This document shows positions 1-10,008 of a DNA stretch of 64,000 nucleotides, in pieces. The translations under genes were made by a program, and so were the position numbers. Location of the stretch: positions 192,001 through 256,000 of the forward strand of contig CAVSQW010000007.1 of NCBI GenBank assembly GCA_963730185.1. The letters run 5' to 3'. The stretch is from an uncultured Gemmatimonadales bacterium. Its GTDB lineage: Bacteria; Gemmatimonadota; Gemmatimonadetes; Gemmatimonadales; GWC2-71-9. Under the pieces are notes generated by a model. It had not been told where the DNA came from. It searched no databases and worked only from the letters and a program-made list of their open reading frames with translations. Positions within the stretch are counted from its first letter, which is position 1. Every line of letters begins with the position of its first letter.

Positions 1-1
1 G

Positions 2-1504
2 CGGCTCGACCAGCCGCTCGTGGTCGGCACGATGTACCTCGATCTGGCCCGGGCGATCCTGGTCCGCTCGCGGTTCACCTTCACGCCGGCCGCATACCGC
101 GATCCGGATCTCGAAGACATCACCATCCGGCTCGAGCGCACCCTCGTGGACGACCGGGCCTGGCTCCCGTATCGCCAGGAAATCGAGGTGCGGCGCCGGT
201 CGGCGGTGGCGGCGTTTCCGCTCCGGGGCGTGATCCGGGGCGAGTGGGTGATCGGCGACTTCGAGCTCGATGCCGCCATGCCCGCCGAGGCGCGCCGGGG
301 CCCCGCCATCGGAGGGCTCCGGCGTCCCGGCGGGCCCGACCTCTGGGCCGCTCCGCTCGCCACCGCGATCGACTCCGGGCTCCGGCCGGCGGACCGGCGG
401 GACGTCGAGCAGGTCCGGCGCGACGCCGCCCGTCTGGTCGGCGGACGCCTGTTGGACGGCTTACCCGATTTTCGCCCCGGAGTGGACCGGTTGAGCGAGA
501 TTTTGCGCGTCAATCGGATAGAAGGGCTGGTGCTGGGCGGTGGATTCCGGTGGCAGCCGCGTGGCCATCTTCCCGCGCTCGACGGTCGATTGGCGGTCGG
601 GACCGCTGACGGACGGGTGACGGGCTCGCTCGCGCTTGGCTGGCGCACCGGGGGGGGAACCCTCGCGGTGACCGGTCGGCGAGGGGTCGTCGACGTGAGC
701 GACGTCCCGGTCGCCAGCGGTGTCTTCGGCTCGCTGTCCGCTCAGGAGACCGGCCATGACTACGGCGACTACGTCCTGGCCGAGGGCGTTGGCCTGGCCT
801 GGCGCGGCGACTTGGTGGGGGCGGCGGGAGTGTCGCTCGAGCTGGGTCGGGAATGGGCCTGGTCGGTGCGGAATGCGGCGAGTCCGGCCCGCGGCGCCTA
901 CCGGCCCAATCCGCCGCTCGGGAGCGAGGCCTATTGGGTGGCCCGCGGCCAGCTCGGCCGGGTGGAAGACCACCGCGGCCGACGGGGGTGGTCGGGCCGG
1001 GTCGCCCTCGAAGCCGGGGTGGGCCGGGAGAACGGCTATGCCCGGGCCCTGCTGGAGGCGGCCGACGAACGCCCGCTGGGGCCCGGCATTTTGGGGCTCC
1101 GGGGCTGGCTCGGTTTGGGGACCGCCGCTTTGCCGGCCCGGCGATCGTTCCCCCTCGGCGGCCGCGGCACGCTCCTCGGCACCCCGTATCGCGCCTGGGG
1201 TGGACGGCAGGCGGCCTGGCTCGGCGCCGAGTGGCTCGGGCCGCTCCCGGCGCCGAGCCTCCCGCTGGGCTGGCTGGGCCGGACGGCGCCTCAGGTCTGG
1301 CTCGGACCGGTGGTTCGAGTCGGGTGGGCTGGAGGCGCGGTGGAAGCCCCCTGGCAGCCGTCCCGGGGGCCTGAAGTGGTGGTCGGTGGGGCCCTGGAGC
1401 TGTTCGACCGGCTGGTCCGGCTGGAAGTGGCCCGGTCGGTGCGTACCAATTCGGGGCTTGGGTTCGCCATCGACGTGACTCGGCCGTGGTGGCCGATCCT
1501 GTAG
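2..1504 (+). CDS. Outer-membrane beta-barrel-like protein, 5'-truncated by the window
   Basis: Frame is open from base 2; the C-terminal two-thirds are amphipathic Gly/Trp/Arg-rich beta-strands; RVNRIEGL segment; ends PWWPIL. Confidence 0.6.
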   Translation, partial: RLDQPLVVGTMYLDLARAILVRSRFTFTPAAYRDPDLEDITIRLERTLVDDRAWLPYRQEIEVRRRSAVAAFPLRGVIRGEWVIGDFELDAAMPAEARRGPAIGGLRRPGGPDLWAAPLATAIDSGLRPADRRDVEQVRRDAARLVGGRLLDGLPDFRPGVDRLSEILRVNRIEGLVLGGGFRWQPRGHLPALDGRLAVGTADGRVTGSLALGWRTGGGTLAVTGRRGVVDVSDVPVASGVFGSLSAQETGHDYGDYVLAEGVGLAWRGDLVGAAGVSLELGREWAWSVRNAASPARGAYRPNPPLGSEAYWVARGQLGRVEDHRGRRGWSGRVALEAGVGRENGYARALLEAADERPLGPGILGLRGWLGLGTAALPARRSFPLGGRGTLLGTPYRAWGGRQAAWLGAEWLGPLPAPSLPLGWLGRTAPQVWLGPVVRVGWAGGAVEAPWQPSRGPEVVVGGALELFDRLVRLEVARSVRTNSGLGFAIDVTRPWWPIL

Positions 1505-1559
1505 CCGGTCGTCGCGCGGAAGTATTATTGGGAAGCTGACTTAGGGGGAATTACGAAAC

Positions 1560-3812
1560 TTGTTGTTTTCGGATGAGTGGCTGGTCCCGGCCCTGGGAAC
1601 CCTGATCCCTGAGAATGTCGTCGCCGAGCTTCGCAAGACGGTGGCGGGGTCCGGTGTGTCGCTTTGGCAGGCCGTCCTCGACCGGCGCCTTCTGCCCGAG
1701 GACGAGATCCTCAAGACCGTCGCCAGCCGGTTCCGGATGCCGATCGCCGATCTGGGGGCGGTCGACCCCCGGGTCCGTGACGAGGTGCCGGAGCAGCTGG
1801 CCCGCCGGTTCCACGTGGTGCCTCTCCATTTGACCGACAGCCGGCTTCGGGTCGCAACCGCCAATCCGTTCGACATGGACGCGGAGAAGATGCTGGCGTT
1901 CGCGACCGGTCGAGAGGTGCGGCTCGAGCTCTGCTCGCCCCAGCGGATCCGGGAGAAGCTCGACGAGCTCTACCGTCCCGACGACCTGGTGGAGCAGCTG
2001 CTCGGGGGGATGACCGAAGAGGCCGAGGTCACCCAGCTGGGCGACGAGGCGGACGATCTCGCGGTCAGCGCCGAGGAGGCCGCGGCCCGTCCCATCATCA
2101 AGCTGGTGGACACCCTGCTCGCCGACGGGATCACCAGCCGGGCCAGCGACATTCACGTCGAGCCGGTGGAAGGTGGCGTGGTGGTCCGCTACCGGATCGA
2201 CGGGGTGCTTCGCCAGGTCATGCGGATCCCCCGATCGGCGGGTGTCCCGCTGATCTCCCGGATCAAGATCATGTCGGGCATGGACATCGCGGACCGGCTC
2301 CGGCCCCAGGATGGCCGCTGCCGGGTGGCGGTGAACGGCAACCCGGTTGACCTCCGGGTGTCGACCCTGCCGGCCTCGCTGGGCGAGAAGGTGGTGATTC
2401 GGATCCTCAACGCCCGGGCCACCCTGCTGTCGCTCAAGGCGCTTGGGTATTCGGACGAGGAGCGGTACGCCATCGAGCGGCTGCTCGACCAGAAGGAAGG
2501 GATCCTCCTCGTCACGGGCCCCACCGGGTCGGGCAAGACCACGACGCTCTATGCGGCGCTCCGCCAGGTTCAGGGCGAGGGCGTCAACATCGTGACGGTG
2601 GAGGATCCGGTCGAGTATCGCCTGGGGCAGAACATCGTCCAGGTGCAGGTCAACGAGAAGGCGGGGCTCACCTTCTCGTCGGCGCTTCGGTCGATCCTCC
2701 GGCAGGATCCCGACGTGGTGCTGGTGGGTGAGATCCGGGATCGGGAGACGGCCCAGATTGCGGTCCAGGCGTCGCTCACCGGCCACCTCGTGCTGTCCAC
2801 CCTGCACACCAACGACGCGCCCAACTCCGTGACCCGGCTCCTCGACATGGGGATGGAGGCGTACAAGATCGGCTCGGCGCTCCGCGGGGTAGTGGCCCAG
2901 CGGCTGATGCGGCGGCTCTGTCCCACCTGCCGGGTGGAGTCGACCGAACCCCTTCCCGCCAAGCTGGCGGCCTACCTGGCGGAGGGGGCGACGCTCTACC
3001 GGGCGGTGGGATGCTCGGAGTGCGCCCAGACCGGGTACCGCGGTCGTTTCGGCATTCTGGAAGTGCTCGCGATGAACCAGACGCTGGAGCGGCTGGTTTC
3101 GTCGGGGGCGAACGCCGACGTGATCGCGAAAGTGGCCCGGGCCAACGGGATGAAGTCGCTGTTCGAGTCGGCGATTCGTCACGTCCTGAGCGGCGAGACC
3201 TCGGTCGAAGAGCTGCTCCGGGTGACGGACCCGCCCCGTCTGGATCTCGACCCGCCGCCGGTCGAGGCGCCCCGCCCGCGCCGGGACAGCCGGCCCGAGC
3301 CCCGGCCGCGACCGTCGCGCCCGCACCCCACCTTGGCGGTCGAGGCGACTCGGGTCGAAGTGGACGACCTCTCGCCCGCGTTCGAGCTGCTGGAAGAGCA
3401 CCAGCTGCCGCCGGCCCGCTTCGAGCTGACCCGGAAGGGCGCCGTGGTGCTGCTGGTCGACGACGAGGACCAGCTCCGCCGGGTCATGCGCGACCTGCTC
3501 GAGCACGAGGGGTACACCGTGGTCGAGGCGCGGGACGGCGCCGAAGCGCTCGCCGAGGTGGACCGGAGCGCGCCCGACTTGATGATCCTCGACCTGAACC
3601 TGCCGAACGTCGACGGATATACCGTGCTGGGGCAGCTCCGGTCGCGCGACGCCACCCGGAACCTCCCGATCATCGTGCTCACCGCCAAAGCCGACGAGGA
3701 CAACGAGGTCCGGGTCCTCGAGCTCGGCGCCGACGATTTCCTCACCAAACCCTTCCGGGCCCGGGCCCTCGGGGCCCGGCTCCAGAGCATGCTGGCCCGT
3801 CACCGCGCGTGA
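1560..3812 (+). CDS. GspE/PilB-family secretion/pilus ATPase with C-terminal response-regulator receiver domain
   Basis: [14 protein letters not shown], Walker [52 protein letters not shown] Zn motif, [32 protein letters not shown]. Confidence 0.92.
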   Translation: MLFSDEWLVPALGTLIPENVVAELRKTVAGSGVSLWQAVLDRRLLPEDEILKTVASRFRMPIADLGAVDPRVRDEVPEQLARRFHVVPLHLTDSRLRVATANPFDMDAEKMLAFATGREVRLELCSPQRIREKLDELYRPDDLVEQLLGGMTEEAEVTQLGDEADDLAVSAEEAAARPIIKLVDTLLADGITSRASDIHVEPVEGGVVVRYRIDGVLRQVMRIPRSAGVPLISRIKIMSGMDIADRLRPQDGRCRVAVNGNPVDLRVSTLPASLGEKVVIRILNARATLLSLKALGYSDEERYAIERLLDQKEGILLVTGPTGSGKTTTLYAALRQVQGEGVNIVTVEDPVEYRLGQNIVQVQVNEKAGLTFSSALRSILRQDPDVVLVGEIRDRETAQIAVQASLTGHLVLSTLHTNDAPNSVTRLLDMGMEAYKIGSALRGVVAQRLMRRLCPTCRVESTEPLPAKLAAYLAEGATLYRAVGCSECAQTGYRGRFGILEVLAMNQTLERLVSSGANADVIAKVARANGMKSLFESAIRHVLSGETSVEELLRVTDPPRLDLDPPPVEAPRPRRDSRPEPRPRPSRPHPTLAVEATRVEVDDLSPAFELLEEHQLPPARFELTRKGAVVLLVDDEDQLRRVMRDLLEHEGYTVVEARDGAEALAEVDRSAPDLMILDLNLPNVDGYTVLGQLRSRDATRNLPIIVLTAKADEDNEVRVLELGADDFLTKPFRARALGARLQSMLARHRA

Positions 3813-3831
3813 CCGCCACCCGCTCGTCCGC

Positions 3832-4305
3832 GTGACCGTTCCCGTCGTCGCCTACGTCGACGTCTACGTGCTCCGGGGCGCGGCGGTCGGTCTCGAGGCG
3901 CTGCTCCTCCGGCGGAGCGCCGGGGTCCGGTGCCCGGGGTCGTGGGAGACCGTTCACGGTCACATCGAGGCCGGCGAAACGCCGGTCGAGGCCGCCCGGC
4001 GCGAGCTCCGCGAAGAGACCGGCCTGGAGCCCGAGCGATTCTACAACGCCAGCCGGATCGAGTCGTTCTACGTGCACCGGCTCGATCAGGTGGCCCTGAT
4101 CCCGGTCTTCGCCGCGCTGGTCGGAGCCGAGGCCCTGGTCCGGGTCTCCGACGAGCACGACGACCACCGCTGGCTTCCCGTGGCCGAGGCGGCCCGCCGC
4201 TACGCCTGGCCCCGCGAGCGGAGGGCGGTGACCGACCTGGCGGTGTTGTTCGAGCGGGGGGATGCGGGCGAGCTCGAGGACGTACTCCGGATCCCACCGC
4301 CCTGA
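3832..4305 (+). CDS. NUDIX hydrolase
   Basis: Nudix box [32 protein letters not shown] resembles the NudB-like C-terminal motif. Confidence 0.9.
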   Translation: MTVPVVAYVDVYVLRGAAVGLEALLLRRSAGVRCPGSWETVHGHIEAGETPVEAARRELREETGLEPERFYNASRIESFYVHRLDQVALIPVFAALVGAEALVRVSDEHDDHRWLPVAEAARRYAWPRERRAVTDLAVLFERGDAGELEDVLRIPPP

Positions 4306-4332
4306 CGACGGGGCCGTGAGATCCGGGCGCAA

Positions 4333-4962
4333 TCAGAAGTCGTTGTCGAAGCTCAGGAACTCGAACCGTCCGCCCCGCTCGATGATGGCGCCGAAGAGCT
4401 TGAGCGGCGTGGCTTTCTCCCCGTCCCGTGATAGCGTCACCTTGCAGCCGCTCCAGATGCGATTGTCGCCCTCGATCGTGGGCTTGGGGTCACACTGGTA
4501 GCCGATCAGCGTCAGACGGTGTCCTCCGAGCTCCCGCAGGGCCCGGAAGATTCCCTTCCGGCTCTTCTCCTCCAGCTGAAACCAGGCCAGGGCCGGCGGG
4601 AGCTCGTAGGGGGGCTTGGCCGTGGCGGTGGTGGGATAGTAGAGCCAGGCGAACTCGGCCCGGTCGACGGTCATCGCCTCGAAGGCCGCCGTGTCGCTGG
4701 CCGCCAGCGCCGCGATCAGCCGTTCCACCAGGTCGTCTCTGCTGGTTGCCAGGCCGCGAAGCCCGGTGGTCTGGGGCAGGCTCTTTCGGAACCGGTCCAG
4801 CATCACGTTCATCGGAAACACGCTGTCCACCACGTGCGCGGGCGGCGCGACCGCCGTCGGGACCACGGCGGGTGCGCTGTCAGCGGGGGCGGGTCGGGGC
4901 TTGCCGGTTCCGCACCCAGCGGTTCCCAGCAGGCAGAGCATCCAGAATGAGGGTCGCATCAT
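4333..4962 (-). CDS. Hypothetical lipoprotein
   Basis: Signal peptide with lipobox LGTAGC, Pro/Ala linker, globular C-terminus with two Cys. Confidence 0.7.
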   Translation of the reverse strand: MMRPSFWMLCLLGTAGCGTGKPRPAPADSAPAVVPTAVAPPAHVVDSVFPMNVMLDRFRKSLPQTTGLRGLATSRDDLVERLIAALAASDTAAFEAMTVDRAEFAWLYYPTTATAKPPYELPPALAWFQLEEKSRKGIFRALRELGGHRLTLIGYQCDPKPTIEGDNRIWSGCKVTLSRDGEKATPLKLFGAIIERGGRFEFLSFDNDF

Positions 4963-5023
4963 CGGCTGAAAGGGAGCGACCGGTCCGGCGACGGGCGCTC
5001 GAACCGGTCGATGGTGGATTGAG

Positions 5024-5050
5024 TCGGACCGGGGCGGCGCCCCGGTCCGA
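5024..5050. terminator. GC-rich hairpin after the FN3/beta-helix lipoprotein gene
   Basis: Perfect 12-bp stem TCGGACCGGGGC / GCCCCGGTCCGA with a 3-nt loop. Confidence 0.6.
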
Positions 5051-5058
5051 TCTTCGAT

Positions 5059-6774
5059 CTAATTCCGATACCACCTTGTCCAGCCAGCGTACCAGGGCGT
5101 GGCGGCGGTCGGATCGAGCGCGCCGATGTAGGTCGTGGCGGGCATGTCGGCGCCGAAGTAGTTGGTCACCCGCGGCGCGAGCGGGGTGCCGGTGAAGTCC
5201 GAGAGACCGGCTGTGGAGGCCGCCGACCCGGCCGAGAGCCAGATGTTGAGGTTGGACTCGTCGACGGTGGTCGTGGAGGTCGGCAGGGCCCCGGCGAACA
5301 CGTTGCCCAGGGTCCCTTCGGTGACGTTCCAGGCCACGGCGTTGTCGGAGATGACGTGGCCGAAGTTGACGTTGGCCGGCTCAAAGTTGCTGCCGTTGTC
5401 GACCAGGTACAGGTTCCGGATCCAGGTCGAGTCGTTGCCGACGAGGGCGTTGCTCTCGGCGTCCCGGATGCTGATCCCGACGCCGGGCCACCGCGCGATG
5501 ATACCGTTGACCATGTCGGCCGCTGAGCCGCGACGGATGACCGCACCGTTGCCGTCGGTCGCCGAGAACACGCCCGTGCCCGGCCCGATGACCGTGAAGT
5601 TGGCCCAGACCGGCTTCGAGAACGGCGGGTTCGCGAAGGTGCAGCCGGCCTTGTCGATCTCGCAGCCGTCGCCCTCGAAGCCGCGCGGGTCGCTCGACGT
5701 GGTGCCCGTCCCGGGAACCGGCTGAATCACCGAGGTCTGGAGGCCGATCAGGAACTGGCCCCGCCCGCGGAAGCCTTCGGTCCAGTCGTAATGGTCGTCG
5801 CCCGACTCCCACGAGACCATGTGCCGGATGTCCACGCTCCCGCCGAAGAACTCGAAGCTGTCGTCGAGGCCGGCCACCGACTGGACGTACTCGTAGGTCG
5901 TGCCCCGGCCCACCGCGTAGCTCGAGATCGAGTTGAGCTCCTGGCCGCCGCCGTTCGAGACGTCGTAGCCCGCGAACTCGACCCGGACGTACTTGAGGTG
6001 CCCCGAGCTGTCGTTGAAGTCAGTGCCCCCGGCGTAGTTCTCGGCGGCGCCGACCGGGCCTTCCGTGAAGATCGGGTTGGCGGTCCGGTTGATGATCCCG
6101 TTCCCCACGATGATGACCCCGCCCCAGTCACCGGGCTTCCGGTTGCCGGGCGACCGGGCCGAGGTGAACACGATCGGGTCGCTGGCGGTGCCGTCGGCGA
6201 TGATCTGCGAGCCGCGGAGGATCCAGAGCGAGCTCCCCGGGACCAGCGTGTCGCCGATGATCCTGGTGCCGGCCTGGATGGTGAGCGTGGCGCCGTTGCT
6301 CACCTTGACGTAGCCGCTCAGCGTGTACACGGTGTCGGCGTAGAAGGTCCGGCTCAGCGGAAGGCCGGTGACCGTCGCGACCTTCGGCCCCTCGGCCAAC
6401 GTCGTGGCCGGCGCCGCGGTGCTGTTGGACGACTTGACGCCGCCCGAGACGGCCCGGACCTCATAGGTGTAGGCGGTCGCCGGGGCCAGGCCGGTGTCCT
6501 CGAAAAACGTGCTCGTGAGGCCCGTCTGGATGGTCGCGAAGCCCCCGCCCGCCGCCGACCGGTCGAGCTCGTAGCTGTCGGCCCCGGACACCTGGTTCCA
6601 CGTGACCCGAATCGACGTCGTCGAGGTGGCCGCCGCGGCCACGCCGGTCGGCGCGTCGACAGTGGGCGGCGGCGGGGGCGGATTCACCACGTCGTTGCTG
6701 CTGCACGCCGCGAATCCGGCACCCAAAAGCAGGGCGCCGGCAAGTCGGAAGAATCTACCTGAGTCCATGCGCAC
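5059..6774 (-). CDS. Lipoprotein with fibronectin type III domain and acidic parallel beta-helix-like domain (TonB-receptor-associated)
   Basis: Lipobox FAAC, poly-Pro, FN3 (APTGV..SIRVTW..YEL..FEDTGLAPATAYTYEVRAV), then GDWGGVII, SSGHLKYVRVEFAG, DDSFEFFGG, DDHYDWTEG; start GTG 6774 or ATG 6768 after GGAGA. Confidence 0.8.
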   Translation of the reverse strand: MRMDSGRFFRLAGALLLGAGFAACSSNDVVNPPPPPPTVDAPTGVAAAATSTTSIRVTWNQVSGADSYELDRSAAGGGFATIQTGLTSTFFEDTGLAPATAYTYEVRAVSGGVKSSNSTAAPATTLAEGPKVATVTGLPLSRTFYADTVYTLSGYVKVSNGATLTIQAGTRIIGDTLVPGSSLWILRGSQIIADGTASDPIVFTSARSPGNRKPGDWGGVIIVGNGIINRTANPIFTEGPVGAAENYAGGTDFNDSSGHLKYVRVEFAGYDVSNGGGQELNSISSYAVGRGTTYEYVQSVAGLDDSFEFFGGSVDIRHMVSWESGDDHYDWTEGFRGRGQFLIGLQTSVIQPVPGTGTTSSDPRGFEGDGCEIDKAGCTFANPPFSKPVWANFTVIGPGTGVFSATDGNGAVIRRGSAADMVNGIIARWPGVGISIRDAESNALVGNDSTWIRNLYLVDNGSNFEPANVNFGHVISDNAVAWNVTEGTLGNVFAGALPTSTTTVDESNLNIWLSAGSAASTAGLSDFTGTPLAPRVTNYFGADMPATTYIGALDPTAATPWYAGWTRWYRN

Positions 6775-6859
6775 GGGGAGCGTTCTCCATGTGATGATGC
6801 GAAAGGTCCGTATCGGGCGGTGTGACGAGCCGTTCAGATGCTGGGAAGAACGCCTGACA

Positions 6860-6899
6860 GTGTGAACGCCCGGCAACCGCAGGGTAACAAACCGGTCGC
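6860..6899 (-). promoter_or_regulatory. Pho-box-like 11-bp-periodic direct repeats
   Basis: Minus strand GCGAC-6-GTTAC-6-GTTGC-6-TTCAC at exact 11-nt period. Confidence 0.55.
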
Positions 6900-6926
6900 A
6901 CCCCCACGGAAGGCGCCTCACGAAGG

Positions 6927-6961
6927 CACGAGGCCCCCGGCGTCGCGCCGGGGGCCTCGTG
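6927..6961 (-). terminator. Hairpin after TonB receptor gene; stem identical to that at 16544-16581
   Basis: CACGAGGCCCCCGG...CCGGGGGCCTCGTG. Confidence 0.7.
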
Positions 6962-6981
6962 GGTCGGGAGCCGAGCCCGGC

Positions 6982-9801
6982 TCAGTGCAGGTTCCAGCTC
7001 AACCCGACGCTGAACGAGCGGCCGGTGGTGTAGCGGTAGCGGACCACGTCGCCCTGCCGCTCCTCGTAGGCGGAGTCGAGCAGGTTGACCGGCGTCCGAC
7101 CTTGGCGCCGAGCCCGCCGAAGACCGGGAAGCGGACCGAGAAGTCGAGCCCCGTGGCGGGGCCTGCTCGTAGGTGTCCACCGTGATCGGGGTCACGGCCG
7201 CCGAGGTGATCCGCTTGACCGACCACGTTGTAGAGCAGGGTGGCGCTGGTGGTACTGGCTCGGCTCGTGTAGGAGAGCCCGGCGTTCACCACGTAGGGCG
7301 CCTGGCCCACCATGGGCCGCTTGTCGTTGGTCAAGCGCGGAGAGCGTCGCTGTTGCTGGTGTTGATCCGGCTCTTCATCAGGGTGACGTTGGTGAAGAAG
7401 CCGAACGGCTCCATCGCCGTGCCCAGGAAGCCCAGTCCCTTCCGAAGCTCCAGCTCCACGCCGTAGTTGAACGCCGACTGCGGCGTTGATGAAGCTCAGC
7501 TGGGAGACGCCCGAGGTGGCCACGTCGATCTGCTCGATGGGCTTGTCGAAGTGCTTGGCGAAGAGCCCACGCTCACCACCTCGCCGAAGCTGGGATACCA
7601 CTCCCAGCGCGCGTCGTAGTTCTGCACCAGCGTGCGCACCAGGCTCGAATCGCCGAAGACCTCGCGCTCGCCCAGCATGTCCCGGTAGCTGATCGGCGCC
7701 AGCTCGCGGTACTCCGGCCGGGCCAGGGTCTGCGATGGCGAGAAGCCGGAGCGTCTGGTTCTCCGGTCAGCGTTCGCGTTCAGGGCCAGCGACGTAGAGC
7801 ACATCGGTGTTGTTCCGGCGGATGTCCATGAGCGCCGCTGGCTGGCTGGGCTCCACTGCATCGCCAGCGTTCCAGCGCTCCACCCGGGCCCCGCCGATCA
7901 GCGCGGACCTTGGCGCCGAACGGGCAGCTCCGCCATGGCGTAGCCGGCCACGACCTTGTCGGTGGCGCGGTAGGTGCCGCCGCGGTGTTGGGCTCCATCG
8001 TGATCTTCGGCGCGTTGCCCTCGGTGAAGGCGCCGTAGAAGAGCTCGTCCGGCGTCGCGGCCGCGCGGGCTGCGGACTCCAGCCCCAGGGCCCGCAGGTT
8101 GTAGGACGCCGTGCGCGAGTCCCGCTCGGTGCTGCCGATAGGCGCCGCCGACCTTGACGTGGTCGGCCGGTCCGGCCGGCCCAGCGTCAGCGTGTAGTCC
8201 GGCCGCGCCGTTGATCGCGTCCTCCGGCAGTTCGACGGGGTGCGCTTGGCCGCCTCGGGAATGAACCCGAGCCAGGCCAGCGGCAGGCGCTCGCCGGTGG
8301 GCGCGTACTCGTAGCCGTAGGCCAGGTCCGACCGGTCCGGCTCGACGCGGGTAACCGCCGAGGAGGTGAACGACCAGCTGATGCGGTTCCGGTCGTTCGA
8401 GCAGGTGCTCGGCCGCTGAGCTGGTTGGAGCGGACCGTCCGCTCCACGTAGTGGAGCGACGTCCGCCGGACACTGTCGACCTGCTGGAACTCCTCCAGCG
8501 TGCCCCAGTCCAGGTGCGCCGCGTTGTCCGCGGTGCGGTCGTAGGTGTTGTTCAGCTCGAACTTGGTGCTCCGCCCCAGGTCAGGTGCTCAGGTTGAGCA
8601 GGCCGCCCCAGAGCACACTGCTCTGGCCCGTGGCTGCCGATGAACGGGTTGTAGGGTTTGGGCGTCCCCGGCGAGTCGCCCGGCACGGCGCGCGCACGCG
8701 GATGCTCGCCGTCGTGGACGTCCTGGCTGCGCGCGTAGGAGAGGGAGCCCGACGTAGCCCGATGCGATGCCCGAAGATCGGGTCTCTCGCCGCCCACGGA
8801 AAGCGCCGCCCGACAGGTTCGGCAGGGCGCTGCTGGCCTCCCGTACGCTCCAGTCGCTGGGCATGCGCCCGGATCAGGCCGTTGACGTCGGTGCTGGGTC
8901 AGGGTGGTGAAGTCGGTGTCCTGGTGAGCGCCGTCGGGCAGCGCCCGCTCCGAGGCGGCCAGGGCCAGCCACTCGCCGCCCGGTGGCGGCGGCGGTCAGG
9001 AGGTCTGCCCGGTGGCCTGCTGTTGAAGCCGCTGGAGAGCGAGAGCTGGATACGCCGGCTCGGCCGGGAAGGAGCGGGTGCGCAGGTTCACCTCGGCGCC
9101 GCTGAAGTCCCCCGGCTGGTCGGGTGTGAAGGTCTTGGAGGTGGTGATGGCGTCGAGCAGGCTGGACGGGAAGAGGTCGAGCGGCACCACCTTCTTTTCC
9201 GGCTCCGGGCTCGGCACCCGGGCGCCATTGAGCGACGTCGTGGTGTAGCGCTCGCCCAGACCCCGGACGAACACGTACTTCCCGTCCTGCACCGTGACGC
9301 CGCTGACCCGCTTCACCGCCTGGGCCGCGTCCTAGTCCGGGCTCTTGGCGATCTGCTCCGCCGTGGTGCGCGCTGATCACGCCGATCGGCGGTCCGCTGC
9401 TCGTCGAGCGCCTGGGCCACCGAGCCCTTTTCCAGCTCCGCCGAAACCGTCAGCTCGGCGATGGAGATGACCGAGTGGGTCAGGGAGACGTCCTGGGAGA
9501 CCGTTCCGCCCGCCGGGACCGTAACACCCGACACGGTCTTGGCTGTGTATCCGATGAAACGCACCTGGATGGACTGCGCGCCGGACGGCACCTCGGCCAG
9601 GGCGTAACGCCCGCCCACGCCCGAGGAGGTCTTGAGCTCCGTGCCCACGACGGAGATCTGTGCGCCCGTCACCGGCTGGCCGGTCTCGCCGTCGACGATC
9701 CGCCCCACGATGCGGCCCGTCGTCGACTGGGCCAGGGCGGGAGACACGAGCAGCACGGCCAGCAGCAGGACCGACCCCAGCGATCGATGTGTAGTTCGCA
9801 C
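6982..9801 (-). CDS. TonB-dependent receptor with N-terminal carboxypeptidase-regulatory-like domain; multiply frameshifted in this sequence
   Basis: RBS GAGGAAGAG + GTG; signal peptide, GRIVGRIVDGETGQPVTGA; plug fragment KRVSGVTVQDGKYVFVRGLGERY..LDLFPS; barrel fragments LARPEYRELAP, NYDARWEWYP, GQAPYVVNAGL; ends GRSFSVGLSWNLH; many indels and one in-frame TAG. Confidence 0.85.
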
Positions 9802-9908
9802 GCTCTTCCTCTTGGACCGGATGGACTCCGCCTCGCCTCGGCCGAGTCGGCCGGGGTCAGGGAAGACCGAATGGAAGCGCTGGCCCCACTCGGTTCCGCC
9901 AAGATCCG

Positions 9909-9965
9909 GTCACCGTGTTGTAACGAATGGCCTGCTGCGTGACGTTCGTGGGACGGACCCGTCAC
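9909..9965 (-). promoter_or_regulatory. Pho-box-like 11-bp-periodic direct repeats upstream of TonB receptor
   Basis: Minus strand GTGAC-6-GTCCC-6-GTCAC (9965-9939) and GTTAC-6-GTGAC (9924-9909). Confidence 0.55.
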
Positions 9966-10008
9966 CGCGGGCCGTCGCGAACGCCTGGGAGGCGGGCTGC
10001 GCGGGGAG

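Noticed and set aside
1551..3803. 750-aa antisense ORF mirroring the ATPase gene (similar cases: 11311-12903, 16663-18405, 24359-26803, 33734-35602, 59104-61551)
   Set aside because: Shadow ORFs are expected opposite high-GC3 genes; they have no recognisable motifs and the sense genes are clear
9332..9334. In-frame TAG in the TonB receptor (SPD*DA) as possible amber read-through or recoding
   Set aside because: It lies in an indel-rich stretch, TCG (Ser) is one substitution away, and TAG is used as a normal stop in many genes here
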